From an uncultured Acidimicrobiales bacterium (lineage in GTDB: Bacteria > Actinomycetota > Acidimicrobiia > Acidimicrobiales > Ilumatobacteraceae): a DNA stretch of 64,000 nt. The translations under genes and the position numbers were made by a program. Each line of letters begins with the position of its first letter. Within the stretch, counting starts at the first letter, position 1. The notes below the pieces were generated by a model, which made no database searches, had not been told where the DNA came from, and worked only from the letters and a program-made list of their open reading frames with translations. The DNA is taken from contig CAVSME010000008.1 of the NCBI GenBank assembly GCA_963728985.1, forward strand, positions 153,485 through 217,484, in the 5' to 3' direction. Shown one piece after another: positions 37,542-45,408 of the stretch.

Positions 37542-38792
37542 ATGCCGATGAACGTCAAGCCCGTACCCACGCTCGACGAGCGCATCAACGACATCCGGAT
37601 GCGCACCGCCGAGATCATCAACGACGACATCCTGCCCAACGAGCGCAAGCTGTGGCGGGGCCGCGCCAACGGCGCCAGCGATGTGGAGCGCAAGGAATCG
37701 AGGGAACTGCGCGAGCACGTGAAGGAGCGGGTGAAGCAGGCGGGGCTGTGGGCCCCCCACCTGCCCCAGGAGTACGGGGGGATGGGCCTCGACTTCCTCG
37801 CCCACGCCTACATGAACGAGGTGCTGGCCTACGGCGTCGGCGCCGGTGCGCTCTTCGGTGTGGTGGCGCCGAACTCGGGCAACCAGACCATCCTGGTCAA
37901 GTACGGCACCAAGGAGCAGAAGGAGAAGTGGCTGCTCCCGCTCATCGAAGGCGAGCTGGAGTCGGGCTTCTCGATGACCGAGCCCGAGAACCCCGGGTCC
38001 GATCCGCGCTCGCTCACCACCAGCGCGGTGCGGGAGGGCGACGAGTGGGTCATCAACGGCCACAAGTGGTTCACCTCGAACGGCTTCGCCGCCGACTTCT
38101 TCATCGTGATGTGCCGGGTGCAGGACGACACCGGCCAGTTCCGGCCCGGCCAGATGGCGCAGATCATCGTGCCGACGGACACGCCCGGCTTGAACATCGT
38201 GCGCGGCGTCGGCGTGTGGGGGTCGGAATCGTCGGACCACTGCGAGGTGCTCTACGAGGACGTCCGGGTGCCGGTGGACAACATCCTCGGTCGGGTGGGC
38301 GACGGCCATCGCGCGGCGCAGGATCGCCTCGGCGCCGGCCGCATCTTCCACTGCATGACGTCGGTCGGCCAGATGTGGCGCGCCTTCGATCTGATGGTGG
38401 AGCGCTCGATCAGCCGCAAGGTGCACGGCGGCCTGCAGAAGGACAAGCAGTTCATCCAGGGCTTCATCGCCGACAGCTACATGGACATCACCGCGGCTCG
38501 CCTCATGACCATCAACGCCGCCGAGAAGATCGACCGCGACGACCAAGCGGCGCGGATCGACATCTCGTCGATCAAGGTGTTCGTGCCCGCGGCTTACACC
38601 CGCGTCGTCGACCGGGCCATCCAGGTGTGGGGCGCGGCCGGCGTGTCGAGCGACCTGCCGCTGGCCGGCATGTACCACGGCGCCCGGACGCTGCGGATCG
38701 CCGACGGTCCGGACGAAGTCCACAAGGTGCTCATCGCCAAGAACGTGATCGGCGCCTACGAGAAGGGCGACGGCTGGGACTTCGGCAACTAG
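37542..38792 (+). CDS. acyl-CoA dehydrogenase
   Basis: GFSMTEPENPGSDP, WVINGHKWFTSNG, and the C-terminal helical domain with ..RIADGPDEVH. Confidence 0.92.
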   Translation: MPMNVKPVPTLDERINDIRMRTAEIINDDILPNERKLWRGRANGASDVERKESRELREHVKERVKQAGLWAPHLPQEYGGMGLDFLAHAYMNEVLAYGVGAGALFGVVAPNSGNQTILVKYGTKEQKEKWLLPLIEGELESGFSMTEPENPGSDPRSLTTSAVREGDEWVINGHKWFTSNGFAADFFIVMCRVQDDTGQFRPGQMAQIIVPTDTPGLNIVRGVGVWGSESSDHCEVLYEDVRVPVDNILGRVGDGHRAAQDRLGAGRIFHCMTSVGQMWRAFDLMVERSISRKVHGGLQKDKQFIQGFIADSYMDITAARLMTINAAEKIDRDDQAARIDISSIKVFVPAAYTRVVDRAIQVWGAAGVSSDLPLAGMYHGARTLRIADGPDEVHKVLIAKNVIGAYEKGDGWDFGN

Positions 38793-38796
38793 TTAG

Positions 38797-39306
38797 GGCT
38801 CGGCCGGCTACGGCTACTGCGCCAGCCACTCCCGCTACTTCTGGGGACTGCGCCTCCACCTGATCTGCACCCCCGGCGGTCTGCCCATCACCTTCGCCCT
38901 GGCCCACCCCAAACTCGATGAACGCGACATCGCCCGCGACCTGCTCGACACCGACCCGGACCTGCTGCGGACCCGAACCGGACAGACGCTCATCGCCGAC
39001 AAGGGCTACGCCAGCCGCGAGTTCGAGTCGTTCCTCACCGACCACGGCGTCGACCTGCTGCGCCCCGCGTTCAAACGCGAACCACCCCGCCCCGGAGCCC
39101 GGCTCCTCAAACCGTTCCGTCAGATCATCGAATCCATCAACGACACCCTCAAAGGGCAACTCGATCTGGAACGCCACGGCGGCAGAACACCAGGTGGCGT
39201 CCTCACCCGAGTCCTGCAACGACTCCTCGCCCTCACCGCCGCCATCTGGCACAACGACCACACCGGCCAACCAGTCCTGCGATCGCTCACCGCCTACGAC
39301 CACTAA
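38797..39306 (+). mobile_element. IS982-family DDE transposase remnant (C-terminal ~170 codons, no start codon)
   Basis: My translation gives GSAGYGYCASHSRYFWGLRLHLICTPGGLPITFALAHPKLDERDIARDLL...LIADKGYASREFESFL...INDTLKGQLDLERHGGRT...AAIWHND. The frame opens straight after a TAG at 38794-38796. It is missed by the track, which reads another frame. Confidence 0.8.
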
Positions 39307-39313
39307 CGACCTA

Positions 39314-39841
39314 GTGGTCGATGCCGGGTCGTCACTCGTCACGGCGCTCGACTTCGTCTGGGACCGTTTCACCACGCGGCTCGAGGGACTGAGCGACGCC
39401 GAGTACTTCTGGGAGCCGGTGCGCGGCTGCTGGACGGTGCGCCCCGACTCCACCGGCCGGTGGGTGCTCGACGGCGCCGACCTCGGTCCGTACCCCGACC
39501 TCGACCCGATGCCGGTCACCACCATCGCGTGGCGCGTCTGCCACCTGGCGGGGTCCGCGCTGGGCGGCTTCGCCGAGCGCCGCTTCGGTGCCGAGGTGAC
39601 CCACGAGCTGCCCCGGCACGCGTCGGAGGTCGCCGACTTCGTCGACCAGAACTACCGGGCGTGGCGCGACGGGCTGGCCGGTCTCGACGCCGAGGCGTGG
39701 GAGCAGCCGCTCGGGGCGGCGTGGGGCCCGTACGCCACTGCCAACACGGTCGACCTCGCCCTCCACGTCTTCGACGAGGTCGTCCACCACGGTGCCGAGG
39801 TCGGCCTCCTGCGCGACCTCTACGTGCGGCTACGTTCCTGA
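39314..39841 (+). CDS. DinB family protein
   Basis: GTG 39314. LDFVWDRFTTRLEGLSDAEYFWEP...TIAWRVCH...VVHHGAEVGLLRDLY, a four-helix DinB-like His pattern. Confidence 0.75.
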   Translation: MVDAGSSLVTALDFVWDRFTTRLEGLSDAEYFWEPVRGCWTVRPDSTGRWVLDGADLGPYPDLDPMPVTTIAWRVCHLAGSALGGFAERRFGAEVTHELPRHASEVADFVDQNYRAWRDGLAGLDAEAWEQPLGAAWGPYATANTVDLALHVFDEVVHHGAEVGLLRDLYVRLRS

Positions 39842-39859
39842 CGGGGAAAGGGGGCGACG

Positions 39860-41080
39860 GTGAGCACCCAGGCCGAGCTCGATGCGATCCAGACCGAGGT
39901 GACGGCGTGGCTCGAGGCCAACTGGCGTCCCGAGCGGCCGAAGCAGGAGTGGCTGGCCATGGTGGTCGACGCCGGCTACGCCGTGCCCACGTGGCCGAGC
40001 GAGTGGTACGGGCGCGAGCTCGACGCCGAGGCCGGCGCCGTCATCGCCGCCGCCTTCCGCGCCCGGAATGCCCCTGGCGCCCGCCAGGACGTGCACAACC
40101 TCTGGGCCAACACGGCACTGGCCTACGGCACCGAAAGCCTGAAGCAGCGCTTCATCCGGCCGCTCCTGCTCGACCAGGTGAACATGTGCCTGCTGTACTC
40201 CGAACCGGGGGCCGGCTCTGACCTCGCCGGCCTGCAGACCCGCGCCGACCGCGACGGCGACGAGTTCGTCGTGAACGGGCAGAAGGTGTGGACATCGGGC
40301 GCCAAGAAGGCCGACTACGGCATGCTCATCGCCCGGACCAACTGGGACGTTCCCAAGCACCAGGGCATCACGTTCTTCTGGTTCCCGATGCACCAGCCCG
40401 GCGTCGAGGTTCGGCCCATCCGCCAGATCACCAACGAGGCCCACTTCAACGAGGTCTTCATCACCGACGGTCGGGTGCCGGCCGAGAACATGGTGGGCGA
40501 CCTGAACAACGGGTGGCGGGTCCTGCAGACGGCCCTCGCCTACGAGCGTTCGGTCATGGGCGACGTCGCCCGTGGCCCCCGCCCGGGTGGGCGCCCGGCA
40601 GCGGAGATGGGCGAGCCGTCCGACGGGGGCGTGTCGGCCGTCGACGTCGACCTCGTGGCGCTGGCCCAGGCTCACGGTCGCAACGGCGACGCCCTCGTGC
40701 GCCAGTCGATCGCTGCCGTCACCGAACTGCGCCAGGTGAACCGCTGGAACGCCCGGCGGGCCAAGGCCGAGCTCGAGCAGGGCACGTCCTCCCCCATCCT
40801 CTCGCTCGGCAAGCTGGCCATGTCCGGCATCCTGCACCGGGGCGCCAGGGTGCAGGGCACCATCGTCGGCGCCGAGGCGCTGCTCGAGGGTCCCGACCAT
40901 CCCGAGGGCGACGCCGCCAACTTCCTCGCTCTCAACGCCTACTTCACCTCCATCGGCGGGGGCACCGACCAGATCCAGCGCAACATCATCGGCGAGCGGG
41001 TGCTGGGCCTCCCCAAGGAGCCCGAGGTCGACCGCGATCTGCCGTTCAAGGACGTCAAGAAGGCGTCCGTCCGGCGCTGA
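39860..41080 (+). CDS. acyl-CoA dehydrogenase
   Basis: LLYSEPGAGSDLAGL, FVVNGQKVWTSGA, and ...GGGTDQIQRNIIGERVLGLP. Confidence 0.9.
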   Translation: MSTQAELDAIQTEVTAWLEANWRPERPKQEWLAMVVDAGYAVPTWPSEWYGRELDAEAGAVIAAAFRARNAPGARQDVHNLWANTALAYGTESLKQRFIRPLLLDQVNMCLLYSEPGAGSDLAGLQTRADRDGDEFVVNGQKVWTSGAKKADYGMLIARTNWDVPKHQGITFFWFPMHQPGVEVRPIRQITNEAHFNEVFITDGRVPAENMVGDLNNGWRVLQTALAYERSVMGDVARGPRPGGRPAAEMGEPSDGGVSAVDVDLVALAQAHGRNGDALVRQSIAAVTELRQVNRWNARRAKAELEQGTSSPILSLGKLAMSGILHRGARVQGTIVGAEALLEGPDHPEGDAANFLALNAYFTSIGGGTDQIQRNIIGERVLGLPKEPEVDRDLPFKDVKKASVRR

Positions 41081-41127
41081 CCAGGGCGAACGTCGACGGG
41101 GTCACTCTGTCAGACCCCCTGCGTAGG

Positions 41128-42123
41128 ATGGCCGTCGTGACCGTTCGCCATGAAACGTTCTCCGGGCACGAACTGCGCTCCGAGGATCTGGAGCAGTACC
41201 GACGGGAGCTGACGGGCTACTGCTACCGCATGCTCGGCTCCGCGTTCGAGGCCGAAGACGCCGTCCAGGAGACCATGGTGCGGGCCTGGAAGGGCATGGA
41301 CGGCTTCGAGGGCCGCTCTGCCGTGCGCTCCTGGCTCTACCGCATCGCCACCAACGTCTGCCTCGACCAGCTCCGGGGCCGCCAGCGGCGGGCCACCCCC
41401 ATGGATCTCGGGCCCGCGGGCTCGGTGGAGTCGTTCTCCGGCCTCACCCGGCCGGAGAACACCTGGGTCCAGCCCATCCCCGACGGCCAGGTCCTGCTGG
41501 CCGACTCGGACGACCCGGCCGAGATAGCCGCGGCGCGCGAGACCATCCGGCTCGCCTTCATCACCGCCCTCCAGCACCTGCCCGCCCGGCAGCGGGCCGT
41601 GCTCATCCTCCGCGAGGTGCTGCGGTGGCAGGCCACGGAGGTGGCCGAGCTGCTCGACACCAGCGTGGCGTCAGTGAACAGCGCCCTGCAGCGGGCGCGT
41701 GCCACCCTGGCCCAGCACGACCGGGGCACCACCGACGTCGCCGCCATCGCGCCGGAGGAGCAGGCGCTGGTGGCCCGCTACGTCGAGGCCTTCGAGCGCT
41801 ACGACATCGAGTCGCTCGTCTCCCTCCTCCACGACGACGCCGTCATGTCGATGCCGCCGTACGACTTCTGGCTCCAGGGTCCCGAGGAGATGGGCCGGTG
41901 GTTCGTCGGCCCGGGGGCCGAGTGCGAGGGCTCCCACCTGGTGCCGCTGGCCGCCAACGGCTGCGCCGCCTTCGCCCAGTACCGGCCGGACGGCCAGGGT
42001 GGTCACACCGCGTGGTCGATCCAGGTGCTGGAGATCTCAGGCGGGCGGATCGTCGGCCACCACAACTTCCTCGACCTGGAGCTGTTCGAGGCCTTCGGCC
42101 TCCCCCGCACGTACGCCGCCTGA
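41128..42123 (+). CDS. ECF-type sigma-70 factor with fused C-terminal NTF2/SnoaL-like domain (SigJ/SigG-like)
   Basis: Region 2 (YCYRMLGSAFEAEDAVQETMVRAW), region 4 (LPARQRAVLILREVLRWQATEVAELLDTSVASVNSALQRAR), then ~130 aa ARYVEAFERYDIESLVSLLHDDA... Confidence 0.9.
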   Translation: MAVVTVRHETFSGHELRSEDLEQYRRELTGYCYRMLGSAFEAEDAVQETMVRAWKGMDGFEGRSAVRSWLYRIATNVCLDQLRGRQRRATPMDLGPAGSVESFSGLTRPENTWVQPIPDGQVLLADSDDPAEIAAARETIRLAFITALQHLPARQRAVLILREVLRWQATEVAELLDTSVASVNSALQRARATLAQHDRGTTDVAAIAPEEQALVARYVEAFERYDIESLVSLLHDDAVMSMPPYDFWLQGPEEMGRWFVGPGAECEGSHLVPLAANGCAAFAQYRPDGQGGHTAWSIQVLEISGGRIVGHHNFLDLELFEAFGLPRTYAA

Positions 42124-42480
42124 CGGGCCGGTCAACACGGCCTTCAGGCCGACCAGGTCGATGAGGCCCAGGAGGTCGTCCTGCGCGCCCCGGACGCGGA
42201 TCGAGCAACCCCACCGGCGGGCGGCGAGCTGCAGGCGGGCGAGGGCGTCCACCACCGCCAGCCCGTCGGTGTCGGCGCCGGCGACGGGCCAGCTCACGAC
42301 CTCCACGTCGCCCGGCGCCCGCACCACGATGGTGGCGCAGCCGTCGCCCGTGAGGACGCAGGCCGTCAGCTCCGCCGGCGGAGGCGGCGGGCTGCGGTCG
42401 TGATCGGCGTGCTCGGGCAGGGAACGTCCTCCTGGTCTCGCCGGGTGTGACTTCCGCGCCACGCCCAACTCATCGGTCAT
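42037..42480 (-). CDS. STAS-domain-like hypothetical protein
   Basis: ATG 42480 overlaps the crcB stop (ATGA). ...ATIVVRAPGDVEVVS...VDALARLQLAARRWGCSIRVRGAQDDLLGLIDLVGL is STAS-like. The 3' end overlaps the convergent sigma gene by 87 nt. Confidence 0.45.
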   Translation of the reverse strand: MTDELGVARKSHPARPGGRSLPEHADHDRSPPPPPAELTACVLTGDGCATIVVRAPGDVEVVSWPVAGADTDGLAVVDALARLQLAARRWGCSIRVRGAQDDLLGLIDLVGLKAVLTGPSGGVRAGEAEGLEQLQVEEVVVADDPPA

Positions 42481-42851
42481 CGGGCGGCGAGGGCCAAGCC
42501 GACGGCCGCCGCCGCCAGGGCGCCGCCGGTGCTCAGCACGACGTTCAGCACCGCCGCTCGGGACTGGCCGCGCTCCGCCAGCCGCACCGTCTCGAAGGTG
42601 AAGGTCGAGAACGTGGTGTAGGCACCGCAGAAGCCCGTGCCCAGCACCAGGCGGGCGTCGGTCGACAACCCGTGGTAGAGCCCCAGGCCGGTCAGCAGAC
42701 CGAGGACGAACGAGCCCGAGACGTTGATGAGCGCAGTGCCCCACGGGAAGCGGCCGCCGGTGGCCTCGGTGACCAGGCGATCGACCACGTAGCGGGCGGG
42801 GGCGCCGACAGCGAGGGCGACGACGAAGAGCAGCCACGTGCCCGGGCTCAT
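42477..42851 (-). CDS. crcB: fluoride channel CrcB/FluC
   Basis: ATG 42851. 124 aa with FPWGTALINVSGSFVLG and GFCGAYTTFSTF motifs. Confidence 0.9.
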   Translation of the reverse strand: MSPGTWLLFVVALAVGAPARYVVDRLVTEATGGRFPWGTALINVSGSFVLGLLTGLGLYHGLSTDARLVLGTGFCGAYTTFSTFTFETVRLAERGQSRAAVLNVVLSTGGALAAAAVGLALAAR

Positions 42852-43218
42852 CGCCGACCCATCCGTCGGCCGATGGCCAGGCCGAGCGCCGCCGCGGCGA
42901 GGCCGCCAGCGAGGCTCACCACCACGTACGCGCCGGCGGCACCGGCGTGGCCGACCTTCACGAGGAGATCGGTCTCCACGGCGAACGTCGAAAGGGTGGT
43001 GTACGCCCCCAGGAACCCGGTGCCGATGAAGGCGCGGGCGTAGAGCGAGGGCGGATACCGCTCGAGCAGCAGCGCCACGAGTACCCCGATCGCCAGCGAG
43101 CCCGACAGGTTCGCCACCAGCGTGGCCCAGGGGAAGTGCCCAACGGGCACGGTGATCAGCTGCGTGAGGGCGTAGCGGGGGCACCGCCAGGCAGCGCGCC
43201 GATGGCGACGGCGGCCAC
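42848..43218 (-). pseudogene. crcB: second CrcB/FluC paralogue with a one-base frame disruption near the N-terminus
   Basis: The intact part reads HFPWATLVANLSGSLAIG...GFLGAYTTLSTF. The N-terminus (VAAVAIGALPGGA) is in another frame, joined to RYALTQLITVP across the G5/C5 run at 43177-43181. Start is GTG 43218 (or 43305). Confidence 0.75.
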
Positions 43219-43396
43219 GACCCGAGGGTCGATGCGGCGGTCAGCCGCGATGGCGTCGGGATCGACAGGAAGGGCGGCGTCACCGGTCCGGGCGCGGTCG
43301 TGCACCGGTCCATCGTGTCGGCACCGGCCCGGCTACGGCGAGCCGGGCTCGGTCGACTCGGCGCCCAACCACGGAGCGTGCTGGTCACCCGAGGAC

Positions 43397-43460
43397 TTTG
43401 GGTGCGAATCCGGTCATGGGTGCCGATCGCGTCGCCAGGCGACGCATCTCGCACCCAAAC
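43397..43460 (-). repeat. family-1 repeat, diverged copy D
   Basis: TTTGGGTGCGAATCCGGTCATGGGTGCCGATCGCGTCGCCAGGCGACGCATCTCGCACCCAAAC has the same architecture as copy C. The outer arms read TTTGGGTGCGA instead of TTGGGTGCCGATT. Confidence 0.7.
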
Positions 43461-43535
43461 TGCCACCGGTGCCGGCTCGCTCGCGCCCAGCGTGACGCTC
43501 GACCCTGACGACACCGAGCCGCGGTGACGTGAGCG

Positions 43536-45293
43536 CTACTCGTTGAAGGCGAAGTGGCGCTCGATCTCCTCGCGAACGTTGCCGAGGTGGGCGTAGTACT
43601 TGGGGAAGCCGGCGTTGTAGTTGCCGTCCTGGCGCCGGTTGAACTCCCCCTCGAAGTTGTAATAGCCGGGCGTGCACTCGGCGTTGCGGTTCGTCTTGCC
43701 GCGGTGCTCGATCACCTGTTGCACCCACCACTCCTCCGCTTCCGGAGTGACATCGAGGGTGGCGTAGCCGTGGCGGCGGACGTAGTCGATGCAGGCGGCG
43801 ATGTGGTCGCCCTGGGCCTGGAGGACGTCGGTCAGGTTGAAGTTGAACGACGCCTGGTAGCCGCCCATGATGAACAGGTTGGGGAAGCCGTGGGTGTGGA
43901 TCCCGACCATCGTGCGGATGCCCTCGGCGTACTTGTCCTGCAGGTCGAGGCCGCCCTCGCCCACGATCCGGTTCCACGTACCGGTCTTCTGCACCTCGAA
44001 GCCGGTGGCGTAGATCAGCAGATCGAGCGGGTACACCTTGCCGTCGAAGACGGGACCCTCCTCGGCGATCTCGGTGATGCCCTTGCCGTGGGTGTCGATC
44101 AGGTGCACGTTCGGCCGATTGAACGTGGGCAGGTAGTCGTTGTGGAAGCACGGCCGCTTGCACATGAACATGTACCAGGGCTTCAACGCCTCGGCGGTGG
44201 CCTTGTCCTCCACGATGTCCTCGATGCGGCGATGGATCCGCATCATGTAGTCGATGTTGGCGTTCTCCTGCGCCCGGATCTTGTCCTCGCGCGTCATCGA
44301 TGCCCGCTTCTCGATCTGGATGGCGGTGAGCGGCGGCTCGGTGAACATCTTGGCCCGCCGCTCGGCCTGCCAGCCGGGCTGCAGCGTGGCCGCCCACTCC
44401 GGATCGGTCTCCCAGTCGTCGCGGACGTCGATCGACGACGGCGTGCGCTGGAAGATGTACAGCTCCTTGCTGTTCTCGCCGAGGCCGGGCACGGCCTGGA
44501 CGGCGGTGGCGCCGGTGCCGATGATGCCGACCACCTTGTCGGAGAGCTTCTCCAGGTCCTGGCCGGTGTAGTCGTAGTCCCACCGGCTCGTGTGGAAGGA
44601 GTGGCCCTTGAAGCTGTCCATGCCCTGGATGCGGGCCAGCTTCGGCTTGGTGAGCGTGCCGTTCGCGCACACCACGAACCGGGCCCGCATCGTGTCGCCG
44701 CGGTCGGTGCCCACGTACCAGAGCCGCTCGTCCTCGTTCCAGATGGTGGACGTGACCGTCGTCTGGAAGACGGCGAGCCCGTAGAGGTCGTAGCGCTCGG
44801 CGATGGCGCGGCAGTGGTTCAGGATCTCCTCGCCGCGGGCGTAGTGGCGTGTGGGGACGTAGCCCATCTCGTCGAGGAGCGGCAGGTAGTCGTAGGCGAC
44901 GACGTCGCACGCCACACCGGGGTACCGGTTCCAGTACCAGGTGCCGCCGACATCGCCGCCCTTCTCGACCATGCGGATCGACTCCACGCCGACCTCGCGC
45001 AGCCGCGCCGAGGTGAGCAGCGCCGAGAAGCCGCCGCCGATGAAGAGCACCTCGACGGTGTCGTCGATCGGGTCGCGCTCGATGATCGGCCCGCCGTAGG
45101 GGTCGGTCTCGTACTGCGCCAAGGGCCCGGACAGGTCCGTGATGAACTGCGCCGTCCCTTCCGGTCGGTAGGACAGGCGCAGGTCGCGCTCGGCGGCGAA
45201 CCGCTCCTTGATCTCGTCGTAGTACGCCTGGGGCCGCTCGACACGCTCCCGTCGGGGTGGCTTCGCCGGCCGATCTTCACGAGGGGTTGACAC
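43536..45293 (-). CDS. Baeyer-Villiger monooxygenase (type I, FAD/NADPH)
   Basis: FIGGGFSAL, GGDVGGTWYWNRYPG, BVMO fingerprint FKGHSFHTSRW, and GIIGTGATAVQ. GTG 45293 chosen. Confidence 0.9.
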   Translation of the reverse strand: MSTPREDRPAKPPRRERVERPQAYYDEIKERFAAERDLRLSYRPEGTAQFITDLSGPLAQYETDPYGGPIIERDPIDDTVEVLFIGGGFSALLTSARLREVGVESIRMVEKGGDVGGTWYWNRYPGVACDVVAYDYLPLLDEMGYVPTRHYARGEEILNHCRAIAERYDLYGLAVFQTTVTSTIWNEDERLWYVGTDRGDTMRARFVVCANGTLTKPKLARIQGMDSFKGHSFHTSRWDYDYTGQDLEKLSDKVVGIIGTGATAVQAVPGLGENSKELYIFQRTPSSIDVRDDWETDPEWAATLQPGWQAERRAKMFTEPPLTAIQIEKRASMTREDKIRAQENANIDYMMRIHRRIEDIVEDKATAEALKPWYMFMCKRPCFHNDYLPTFNRPNVHLIDTHGKGITEIAEEGPVFDGKVYPLDLLIYATGFEVQKTGTWNRIVGEGGLDLQDKYAEGIRTMVGIHTHGFPNLFIMGGYQASFNFNLTDVLQAQGDHIAACIDYVRRHGYATLDVTPEAEEWWVQQVIEHRGKTNRNAECTPGYYNFEGEFNRRQDGNYNAGFPKYYAHLGNVREEIERHFAFNE

Positions 45294-45408
45294 AGCAGAC
45301 CAGTATCGCGCGCGCCATTCGAAAACACCTCGTCGGCTGGAGGTGCCCGGTGCCGCGGTGCTCACTAAGCTGAGTTCGAAATCTACGTCGTGACCAGGGA
45401 GATTCCGA

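Noticed and set aside
43219-43535. A fluoride (crcB-motif) riboswitch upstream of the crcB pair. This includes the CCCAAACUGCC-like string in the repeat and a GAUGGACCGGUG...ACCGC...CCGGUGACGCC stretch on the coding strand.
   Set aside because: The CCCAAACTGCC string is on the wrong strand and belongs to the family-1 repeat. The minus-strand stretch lacks the conserved GCUGAUGA..CCUAC segment and the pseudoknot complementarity, and may be coding.
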